Shown here: in pieces, positions 1 through 11,600 of the stretch
How positions within the stretch are numbered: the first letter of the stretch is position 1
How the letters are laid out: every line of letters starts with the position of its first letter
Assembly: GCA_002269645.1 (NCBI GenBank)
Contig: NIVC01000292.1
Coordinates: forward strand, 744,001 to 808,000
Length of the DNA stretch: 64,000 nucleotides
DNA from: Macrostomum lignano
Lineage: Eukaryota
Direction of reading: 5' to 3'
Notes under the pieces: generated by a model
What the model saw: only the letters and a program-made list of their open reading frames with translations
What the model was told of the DNA's origin: nothing
Database searches by the model: none
Program-made: the position numbers and the translations under genes

Positions 1-3000
1 TTCCATATTCACCTATTCAGGTATTCAAGGTGGGCGCCCAGCTGCTTGCGCAAAAAAATAAGAATATTTTGCAAGGATGTGGGGTGTTAAATTGGGGAAG
101 ACAGCGCCGGCAGAGATGCGGGAGTGAGCACAGGTGAGAGAGCGAGAACATAACGAAGCCCTGAACTCAGGTGTGGATGTGGAATCACTTATCACAGCGG
201 GCGGCCCCTTTAGTTTTTTATAGTTGAGCTCATGCTCACAGAAGAAGAGCGCACTTAATTTCCCCGGCTCCCATCTGGTTTGAGCATTGGTGAGCTCGGC
301 AGTTCGGTAAAATTTGCGCCTCATTTGATGGCACTGGCTGGTTGCTACCTCAGGCTCGGCGCCTCGACTTGACGAATGCGTTATTAAATATTAACGCCGC
401 ATTTTATTGGGACGGCAAGCAGTCGCGGGGCCAGAGTTGGAAAAGCCACCACAGCGATACAAGTCGAGAGACAAATGCGCACATAAGCACACTTGGAGCA
501 ATGGCGAGATCAATAAGCCGAGCGTGCCGTACGCAACCCTTAGCCGAATCCGAGAAGTCAAAAATAGAAAACTCATTCATATTCGAAGGCGAGGCAAGAG
601 GCAAGCAACTTTTACTCGGATCAATAAACGGCTCAATTTGGGATTAACGAGTGAAAAAGGAAAACACTTTATTTCGCTTTATCAAGCGTAACGCCTGAGA
701 TGAGATATGAATACCTGGGTAACTATTTGTCTGTTATAAACCCCGGTCGCATATGTTTAATTGCCGAGGGAATTCCCGCAGAACCGCAAAGGCGCAGACA
801 GAGCCTGCAGTGGCCACCCATCTTGCTAGCTGTGCTCAGGCTGTGTGCTCAGCTCTTTTGTTGTTTTAATTAGCTAGGCAGTATATATTTTCTCACATTC
901 GCACCAGCGAAAACTAGAGTCTGTTCTCAATTCTGTTGCATCTAATTCTCAACTAGCTCAATAGCTGCTGGAGGCTCAAGGGACCCTTAGTCGTGAAACA
1001 GCGTGCTTTATGGACACATGACATCTTTGCCGCTGTCAGGCCTGTCATATACTTGCTACTTAAATGCCTTCATCTTATCAGAATGTCAGACTCCCCAGGT
1101 AGCCCAGGTATAGCACGTGAAAATTTTGTTTGGGTCTCATCTCATCTCACCGCGTTTATGTGCATATTTTCAATTAGTTTTACAAGATTATATCTCTATG
1201 AATTTTATTAGGCCATGACACACGAAAGCAGGTGCGAAAAAGGTGGTCACAGAGACAGGCAATAAACAAGTGCGCTTTTGCACTTTTCTACTGGAGAAAT
1301 ATTCTTTGTTTCGCGAGGCATATAATCAATCTAGTTCCTTCCTTTGTTTGCAAAGTTTATTCCAAGTTTTTCGAGTGCCTGTCTGAGCCCTCGGCCCGTT
1401 TATGATTTTCAAGCTCCCCCAGCTCTCCATCCAGGGGGCGGCTTCTCAGCACTGGGCAGTGATCTAAGTTTGCTCAACTGCAATACTGCATCGCAAAAGC
1501 TTTGGAAAAGAGCAAACAATTAGGCCTGTTGCGTGACTCACAGTCACAGGTGACTCACAAACGAATCGAGTAAAAACGCCTCACTTACACCCCCTCTGAG
1601 CCCCGGAGACCGGATGGAGAGGCAGCTGAAGAATCGAGAGGGAGAAATTGAGCACTTGGGCCTTCCTATTACGGATTTCAGGTCCGTGATTTATGTCCAA
1701 CTCGGCTGAGAAGCTATGCTTATGCTATACATATACAGACTGCGAGACTGTCACTCGGGTCTCTGACCCTGTGATTTACATAACAAGCCCAGGCCTTCCC
1801 AATTTCCGTTGAAATTCTCAGAAAAGAGCCAGCCAGTGTTATTGGGGCAAAAGCGGGGAACTGGGAAAGGTGTAAATAGGACAGACAGACAGACAGAATA
1901 AATAGAATTATTAATTTATTATGCATCACAACTCACCTTGCAACAGGTAGGCCTGCACAATTAGCAGCAGTAGCAGCTTCAATAATTTAGCCGGCATAAT
2001 AATTTATTATCAATGATATAATTATCAAGGGTGCAGTGCTCAATCTGTGAAGAGGACCTGCGCAATGCTTTTGTTAGCTTGGCAGGCGGTCAGTGGGGAG
2101 GCATCTGCGACCACTTCGGCTGGCGAAGCGCGGATGGATTGGGCTCTGCTTGTGTTGACTGTTGTTTGTTGTTGATTGCGCGAGACGCAACGCGGACCCA
2201 GCCAAGTCAAGTTTTAAGAGGCAGACAGACAGACGGGCTGGCAAAACAGGACTTTCCCAAGTTTGGCCTTGGCTGGGCGATGGGCGTGGGGTTCGGGCTG
2301 TAATAGGAGAGCCCCAGCCACCCCAGCCCACCCACCCCCACCAGCCAATCCGATCGGCCCAGCCGGCCACGCCCAATAAAAGTGAATCTCCAAAGTCAAA
2401 CCGAAGCGTAGGCTGCCCGTGCTACTTGTGAGTAGGCAGGCTGGCGCCGGACGGAGGGCAAGGGGTGAATTCGTCTAGTACTCCATTAAAGAAGACAGAG
2501 AGAGAGTAAGGAAAGAAGAGGGATCGCTTCCCCTATTTGGGGAGAAATCTCGCCTATTCAGACGGGCACGCGCTGCTGCTGTGGGTAGGGAAAAAAATTC
2601 CAATTTCCCCTACAGCGGGCGGGCGTGACTGGCCCCGGCTTTTTCAGGCCCTGCCGAAAATTGATTTCCCCACCGCGTTTCGCTTGTTGAAAGAAAAGGG
2701 AAAGTTGCGACCCGGGCGCTGGGGGGGGAGCCGGTGGGGGTGCGGGCGCTGAGCTCAGTCGAAAATAAAAAAACGTAAATGATTTGTGTGACAGACAATA
2801 GCTGCTTTCAGCCTTGCAATTTTGTTTGGGACCTGCGGATTTCCCTATCTCTCTCTGCTGCTACCTGTGCACCTTACCTGACCTGCCTCACCCATATCGC
2901 GCACCTGCATAGGCTGCATTCATTAAAATTTGGACTGCGTGACTGAGACGGAAATGAACAAAAACTTGCGACTTTGCAGTTTGCACCAACTGCAGAATTT

Positions 3001-3124
3001 CCTGACCTCAAACTGGAGTCGCTCTGCTTATCCTCGCTCTGCCTCGGCCGGACTCTCATCCTCATGTGGTCAGTCCGATCTCCTCTCTCATCTATTATCC
3101 ATCTGCTCCACTTTTATCAGATCT

Positions 3125-3810
3125 CGTGCCTTGAGCCTTTCTCACCTGTCCTCTCTCACCTGTCCTCTCTCACCTGTCCTCTCTCACCTGTCCTCTCTCA
3201 TCTGTCCTCCCTCACCTGTCCTCTCTCATCTGTCCTCCCTCACCTGTCCTCTCTCACCTGTCCTCCCTCACCTGTCCTCTTTCGCCTGTCCTCTCTCATC
3301 TGTCCTCTCTCATCTGTCCTCCCTCACCTGTCCTCTCTCATCTGTCCTCCCTCACCTGTCCTCTTTCGCCTGTCCTCTCTCATCTGTCCTCTCTTATCTG
3401 TCTTCTTTAAAATGTCCTTCCTTATCGGCCTGTCCTCTCTTGCCTATCTTATTATTCTCTCACCTGTTCTCTCACCTGTCTTTTTTCCCTTGTCCTCTCT
3501 CACCTGTCCTCTCTCATCTGTCCTCTCTCACCTGTCCTCTCTCACCTGTCCTCTCTCATCTGTCCTCTCTCACCTGTCCTCTCTCACCTGTCCTCTCTCA
3601 TCTGTCCTCTCTCACCTGTCCTCTCTCACCTGTCCTCTCTCATCTGTCCTGTCTCATCTGTCCTCTCTCACCTGTCCTCTTTCATCTGTCCTCTCTCATC
3701 TGTCCTCTCTCATCTGTCCTCTCTCACCTGTCCTCTCTCACCTGTCCTCTCTCATCTGTCCTCTCTCATCTGTCCTCACTCACCTGTCCTCTCTCACCTG
3801 TCCTCTGCGC
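3125..3810. repeat. Tandem repeat, 14-bp unit TCACCTGTCCTCTC with variants
   Basis: Unit read directly in the sequence; explains the LSSLTCP-type ORFs at 2930 and 2974. Confidence 0.95.
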
Positions 3811-4261
3811 CTGTTCTTCTCTGCCTGATTTCCCACACTTCATTCTAGTTGCATATCGCAATCAAGCTGAATTATTAGAAACAAGAATGCAGAAAATATT
3901 TCTAATTTCCACGGCGCACCGCAGCTGCGCAAAAGCGCGCCGAAATTTGCTACAAATAAATTTTTTCAACCTCTCGAATTTAATTTCTATCGTTTCCGAC
4001 TTTTTAAACCCGGTGGAATCTGCGCACCAAAAATTGAAAACCTACGGCCGGCTCCTGACCCACCTCTCGAAGCTCATTGAAAAATGGGACAATTTTAATC
4101 CTAGAGCGCCGCTGTATTGAGCTTCAAATGCACTCAAGTGGCGCCGCAAATTTTCTGTTGAATTGACTGTCTGACCCGCGTTATACTACTCGCCTAATTC
4201 TAACAAGTAGAAAGTTGCGCTTTTATAGTGCTTTTTAAAAAGAATTACTGAAATTCAAAGA

Positions 4262-4650
4262 ATACAGGGCAGCTGGTGCTGCGGTGTCGATCAGGGAGGT
4301 CCGGTGGTGCTCCACAGCGCGGTCCCGCTCCGGAGAGTCCAGAAGGTGGATGGTCGTTCGCCCGGTAGCCCTAAGGTAGGCGAGTCTGAAAACGTCCGAA
4401 AGGTCCGGGTTTGGGCCGAGGTAGGTGAGCCTGTCCTGAGTAAAGGCGGGGCAGTCACAGATGAAAGTGCTCCGCATTCTCGACACAGGAGAGGCAGAAT
4501 GGGCATTCCTCTCTGCGGATTTTCCCTGGAAGGTGACGATGCCTGGCAAAACAGCCATTCCCGGAAGGGCCTCCGCCCTGATGTACCTGCGGTTGAGTCC
4601 AAGCAGGGCTCTGCGGAGGGCGGGCGATCAAATGTACTCAAGTATTTTCA
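4262..4650 (-). mobile_element. Decayed 3' fragment of a non-LTR retrotransposon pol ORF (C-terminal CCHC knuckle)
   Basis: Joining minus frames across two frameshifts gives LLGLNRRYIRA..SGNGCFARHRHLPGKIRREECPFCLSCVENAEHF/ICDCPAFTQDRLTYLG. This contains CX2CX8HX4C followed by CPA...R...LG, typical of the end of I/Loa/R1-like pol proteins. Confidence 0.65.
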
Positions 4651-5655
4651 GTTTAATTGCCTGACCTACGTTATACTACTCGCCTAATTCTAAAAAAGTA
4701 GAAAGTTGCGCTTTTATTGCGCTATTTTATCCAAATCACTGATATTTAAAGTCGATTGCTTAGTTCTATTCGTCAAAAGGAATTGGGGCTCTGCAGGGAA
4801 ATTGTGGCTCGGGCCCTAAGCAACAACAATTAATAAATTTGCTCTTTCACTAATTCGATTACCTTCGTTTTAAGAAGCTAAAACTTTCCTATTTAACGAG
4901 ATGCATTGTTCATTCGACTAGTAGTCTGTAGCGAATATTAGCGCTAAACTTATTCAATCAGGGCTGGTTAGAGAGCTCATTTAGAGCACCTCACCAGTTA
5001 ACTATAAGCTGTAAAAGCTGTGTGTCAGCCCGCATTTTCCAGCTGCAAAGCCGAACTCCGAGACGGGGCCACAAAAGCAGTTGATGAGGCTGGGTTGCAG
5101 CAGCATAGATTCTCTGCGGTGAGCGCAGAGAATGAGGTTGAGTTGAGTTACAACCGCAGAGAGAGGAGAGACGCACCCATACAGCCAATTTGGTAATATC
5201 CATGGAGTCTGAAAAGCCAACCTCATTGAAGAACAGAACTGAGTTACAGCTGCGGCCTGCTCAACCCAGTTGCTTCATCAAAAACTCCACGGCCTTGTGT
5301 GCGAGCTGAGTACAGCTCTCTCTCTCTCTCTCTCTCTCTCCCTGAGTCACAGCCCCCACCCTAGTCCAACACAAAGTTCGAGCGAGAGCATCGAACAGAA
5401 AAATTTGCAGATCTTTTTTCCACTTATATAGCAGGAGCAGCCACAGCGGAACACTGGGAGACCTCGGCAGCCACAGCGGAAGCAGCAATAACTGCAGCAG
5501 AACTTCAGCCAGAGCATGCAGCGAGATGTGGACAATTTTCAGGGCCAGTTCGGGGTGAGTATCTGCTGCTCTAAACACAGCGCTAAGCAAACAGAGGTGC
5601 TCTGCTGTCAAAAAGCAGATGTAGAGAACAGATCAGATGAGCTTGAAGCAGAGCC

Positions 5656-8600
5656 ATGAGCACTTTATCCAGCTCCATTCACTCGTCCGCTGAACTGCAG
5701 AGTCTGGTGAGGACCATCGAGGACCGAGTTGACGACCTGGTGGCCCAGGCGAAGGTGGACCGGCAGCTGCAGCAGCTGAACCCGCAAGAGACCGAGGCAG
5801 TTTGGTCGGACAAGCAGGTGAGTTTGAGGGGGGGGCATAACAAAGCCGAAAAATCACAACTCCGAAAAGCGCTTTCCATCATAAACCCGAAAAATCACAA
5901 ACCCGAAATATCATAACTCCGAAAGTTCTAGCAATGTCCAACACTGTTTCAGTTTTCGGAGTTATGACTTTTCGGGTTTATGATATTACGGGTTTATGAT
6001 GTGCGTTGCTATAAATTTCGGAGTTGTGATATTTCGGGTTCGTGATATTTCGGGTTTGTGATATTTCGGGTTTGTGATATTTCGGGTTTGTGATATTTCG
6101 GGTTTGTGATATTTCGGGTTTGTGATATTTCGGGTTTGTGATATTTCGGGTTTGTGATATTTCGGGTTTGTGATATTTCGAGTTTATGATGGCGACCCAG
6201 TTTGAGCCATGGACTTAATGGGGATGCCAACTTAGTCCCCTGTACCCCTAGATCCCTAGACCTAGACCCCTAGATCCCTAGACCTAGACCCCTAGATCCC
6301 TAGACCTAGATCCCTACATCCCTAGACCTAGACCCCTAGATCCCTAGACCTAGACCCCTAGATCCCTAGACCTAGACCCCTAGATCCCTAGACCTAGATC
6401 CCTACATCCCTAGACCTAGACCCCTAGATCCCTAGACCTAGATCCCTACATCCCTAGACCTAGACCCCTAGATCCCTAGACCTAGATCCCTACATCCCTA
6501 GACCTAGATCCCTACATCCCTAGACCTAGATCCCTACATCCCTAGACCTAGACCCCTAGATCCCTAGACCTAGATCCCTACATCCCTAGACCTAGATCCC
6601 TACATCCCTAGACCTAGATCCCTAGATCCCTAGACCTAGACCCCTAGATCCCTAGACCTAGATCCCTAGATCCCTAGACCTAGACCCCTAGATCCCTAGA
6701 CCTAGACCCCTAGATCTCTAGACCTAGACCCTTAGATCCCTAGATCTAGACCCCTAGATCCCTAGACCTAGATCCCTAGATCTCTAGACCTAGACCCCTA
6801 GATCCCTAGACCTAGATCCCTAGACCTAGATCCCTAGATCTCTAGACCTAGATCCCTAGATCTCTAGACCTAGACCCCTAGATCCCTAGACCTAGATCCC
6901 TAGATCTCTAGACCTAGACCCCTAGATCCCTAGACCTAGATCCCTAGACCTAGATCCCTAGATCTCTAGACCTAGATCCCTAGATCTCTAGACCTAGACC
7001 CCTAGATCCCTAGACCTAGATCCCTAGATCTCTAGACCTAGACCCCTAGATCTCTAGACCTAGATCCCTACATCCCTAGACCTAGACCCCTACATCCCTA
7101 GAACTAGACACCTAGATTCTAGAACTAGACACCTAGATCCTAGACCTAGACCCCTAGATCCCTAGAACTAGACCCCTAGATCCCTAGAACTAGACCCCTA
7201 GATCCCTAGACCTAGACCCCTAGATCCCTAGACCTACTCGTAGATCCCTAGAACTAGACCCCAGATGTAATGAAATGCTACTATTTTAGTAGAACGTGAA
7301 AATTCGTTTCTTAGAAAATCTTTGCAAGTAGGTCTGTTAATATGGCTTTCTTTGAGGGGAGCGCAGAGCATCTCAGCGATAAGCACGTGTTGCTCTCGCA
7401 CCAGGACCCACTGGTTCGACATTCATTTTAAGCTTGCGTGCTCAAAAATTCGCCCCAGGGGGTTGTCGTGCGATTCACAGCCAGGATGAAGGCCAGACTC
7501 CAAGGCAAAATATATTTTACATACCTGAAAATTAGAAAGTCAGGGCTGCTGTACACACTGTGTGCACGAGTTCGTGCCTGCGTGCGTGCACTCGCGTGTG
7601 CTCAGGAGGCAGTGGAATGGGCAGAATCGCCTCAGCGCCGAAGGCGTTGCGCCAGGGTGCCTGCAGCCCTCCTGCAGCCATCATCTCAGCTCGAAATTTT
7701 CCTTTCGAGTCGAGTCGTCCTTTGTGTAAAAAATAACACTCTGAGGCTCCAACCGCACCGCAGAACTCCCTGGCCGCTCTGAAGTCCGATTGGGCCCGGG
7801 TGAAAAACCTGGCCAAATGCCTGGACAGGCAAATGGAGCACCAGTCCAACTATCACCTGGTAATGCGGGGCCGTCTGGCAAAGGTGGAGTGAACAGGAGT
7901 AGAACAGGAGTAGAACAGGAGTAGAACAGGAGTAGAACAGGAGTAGAACAGGAGTAGAACAGGAGTAGAACAGAAGTAGAACAGGAGTAGAACAGGAGTA
8001 GAACAGGAGTAGAACTGGAGTAGAACAGGAGTAGAACAGGAGTAGAACAGGAGTAGAACAGGAGTAGAACAAGAGTAGAACAGGAGTAGAACAGGAGTAA
8101 GACAGGAGTAGAACAGGAGTAGAACAGGAGTAAGACAGGAGTAGAACAGGAGTAGAAAAGGAGTAGAACAGGATACTATGCACCACCCCCGCAGTTCTAC
8201 CAGACGCTCAAGGAATACCAATCCAGCTTGGAAGCCGCATTCGCTTCCTTCCGGACAGCCCTGGCCGGACAAAATTTCTCGGGCACCAAGGACGAAGCCA
8301 AGTGGCTGTTCGAGCAGATGCAGGTACGGGGCCTGCGTGTTGACTGGACTTTTAACTACTTGTCTCCTGCATGCAACTGTATCCATTTCCAATTTGTTTG
8401 ATTCTTCAATCCCAAAAAATGTCCAACAGTCCCAAAGTCTCTCCAACAGTCCCAATGTCTCTCCAACAGTCCCAATGTCTCTCCAACAGTCCCAATGTCT
8501 CTCCGACAGTCTTAATGTCTCTCCAACAGTCCCAATGTCTCTCCAACAGTCCCAATGTCTCTCCAACAGTCCCAATGTCTCTCCAACAGTCCCAATGTCT

Positions 8601-11600
8601 CTCCAACAGTCCCAATGTCTCTCCAACAGTCCCAATGTCTCTTTAACAGTCCCAATGTCTCTCCAACAGTCCCAATGTCTCTTCAACAGTCCCAATGTCT
8701 CTCCAACAGTCCCAATGTCTCTCCAACAGTCTCAATGTCTCTTCAACAGTCCCAATGTCTCTTTAACAGTCCCAATGTCTCTCCAACAGTCCCAATGTCT
8801 CTTCAACAGTCCCAATGTCTCTCCAACAGTCCCAATGTCTCTCCAACAGTCCCAATGTCTCTCCAACAGTCCCAATGTCTCTCCAACGGTCCCAATGTCG
8901 CTCCAACAGTCCCAATGTCTCTCCAACGGTCTCAATGTCTCTCCAACAGTTCCAATGTCTCTCCAACGGTCTCAATGTCTCTCCAACAGTTCCAATGTCT
9001 CTTCAAAAATCGCAAGTTCTAACTGTCAAAAAGTCAACGCTTTGCTCCCAACAACAATTAAATTTCCTCAGTCGCTCATCACGGCGGTGCTGCAGTGGTG
9101 GCAGCGCATCGACAGCCTCATCATTCAGAGCCGCAAGGTGCTGCCCATGGCCGCCCGCCTGGGACCGCTGGACATGAAGCGGCCGGGCAAAGTGCTAGTG
9201 GACTTTGAGACGAAAGAGGTGGGTTATTGAGCGGGTGGGTGATTGAGTGGGTGGGTGATTGAGTGGGTGGGTGAGTGAGTGGGTGGGTGAGTGAGCGGGT
9301 GGGTGATTGAGTGGGTGGGTGAGTGAGCGGGTGGGTGATTGAGTGAGTGGGTGAGTGGGTGATTGAGTGGTTAGGTATTTGTCTGGGTAGTCGTACCGGG
9401 TGATGGTGTGGGTGACGGTGTAAAAACGATGATAATTAGCTCTCACCTGAAATTCTCCCGCATCTCGCAGCTGACTCTGAAGGCCAACGACGACGTGTTC
9501 GTGGTGGACACCTCGGACCGCGACTCCTGGACGGTGGAGACGACCCGCGGCCAATCGATAAGCCTGCCGTCGATGTGCATCGCCATCAGCGGCCCGGACC
9601 CGGAGGTGATGGAGCGGTCGCTGTCGGTGCGCACCTTCCTGCTGGCGGACTGGACCGCCACCCTCAGGGAGGTCGGCCGGGCGTTGGTGAGCTTCACGCT
9701 CAGCGTCTTCCGGCTGGCGCGGACGGCTGAGGTAGGCAATGGGGAACCCGTAGCCGTTAAAGTTTCCCATGGGGATGGGGAGCTGGGTCCGAGCCCTATC
9801 AGATGGGTATCTGAGTCGGAGATGGGGATCTGAATCGGAGAGATGGGGGTCTGAGTGGGGGGATGGAAATCTGAGTCGGGGAGATGAGGATCTGAGTTGT
9901 AGATGGGGATCTGAGTCGAAAATGGGGATCTGAGTTGGGGAAATGGGGATCTGAGTCAGGGAGATGGGAATCTGAGTCGGAGATAAGGATCTGTGTCACA
10001 GATGGGGATCTGAGTCGGGGAGATGGGGATCTGAGTCGGGGAAGTGGGGATCTGAGTCGGAGATGGGGATCTGAGTCGGGGAAGTGGGGATCTGAGTCGG
10101 AGATGGGGATCTGAGTCGGAGATAAGGATCTGAGTCGGAGATGGGGATCTGAGTCGGAGATAAGGATCTGAGTCGGAGATGGGGATCTGAGTCGGAGATG
10201 GGGATCTGAGTCGGAGATAAGGATCTGAGTCGCAGATGGGGATCTGAGTCGGGGAGATGAGGATCTGAGTCGGGGAGATGAGGATCTGAGTCGGGGAGAT
10301 GAGGATCTGAGTCGGGGAGATGGGGATCTGAGTCAGAGATGTGGATCTGAGTAGGAGGAGGGGAATTAAGTTTGGCTGTTTGTGCAGGACTGTCTGATCC
10401 CGAATCCTCCCACACTCTCAGGTGGATCTGCCAACCGAGGACAGCCTGGACGGTCGCGAGCTCGAGCCCCTGCTCGGCGTGATGGAGAAGCTGCTGCAGA
10501 CCTACTGGGCGAAGAACCCTGAGTTCTCTGACATGGCCGAGCGCATCAGCAAGGCCCGGGTGTCGCTGGCGATCTATGATGACGCGCAGGACATCGACGA
10601 CTGCACCCACATTGACATCAGTGAGCGCGGCTGGCTGGCGAGATTTGGCCTGCTTTTTTCTTACTTTCTACTGTAAGCAGGATAATGGGAAAGCGACTTT
10701 CCGCCCGCAGACACGCTCTTCCTGCAGCTCAGCCCGCTCGCCATAACGGGCTCCAACTCCGAGGAGTCCGGCGGCGTGACCCAGAAGATGCTGACGCTGC
10801 TGATGCGCAAGTATCAGGAGCTACTCAAGTACTGGGAGGTGTACAAGGTGCTGGTGGAGACCTCTAACGATCCCAACTACTTCTGGATGATGGAGGAGTT
10901 TCAGAAGCTGCGCTACATCAACGTGACCGAATTGCTGAAGTACGTCTGACTGACTGACTGACTGACTGACTGACTGACTGACTGACTGACTGACTGACTG
11001 ACTGACTGACTGACTGACTGACTGACTGACTGACTGACTGACTGACTGACTGACTGACTGACTGACTGACTGACTGACTGACTGACTGACTGACTGACTG
11101 ACTGACTGACTGACTGACTGACTGACTGACTGACTGACTGACTGACTGACTGACTGACTGACTGACTGACTGACTGACTGACTGACTGACTGACTGACTG
11201 ACTGACTGACTGACTGACTGACTGACTGACTGACTGACTGACTGACTGACTGACTGACTGACTGACTGACTGACTGACTGACTGACTGACTGACTGACTG
11301 ACTGACTGACTGACTGACTGACTGACTGACTGACTGACTGACTGACTGACTGACTGACTGACTGACTGACTGACTGACTGACTGACTGACTGACTGACTG
11401 ACTGACTGACTGACTGACTGACTGACTGACTGACTGACTGACTGACTGACTGACTGACTGACTGACTGACTGACTGACTGACTGACTGACTGACTGACTG
11501 ACTGACTGACTGACTGACTGACTGACTGACTGACTGACTGACTGACTGACTGACTGACTGACTGACTGACTGACTGACTGACTGACTGACTGACTGACTG

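Noticed and set aside
25-2900. Short ORFs and isolated splice-like signals in the first 3 kb
   Set aside because: No recognisable domain or consistent exon chain.
2930-4120. Long Leu/Ser/Cys/Pro ORFs
   Set aside because: Produced by the 14-bp tandem repeat; no domain signal.
7686-9230. Repeat ORFs [21 protein letters not shown] and [11 protein letters not shown]
   Set aside because: Intronic minisatellites; the true exons are bounded by splice sites on either side.
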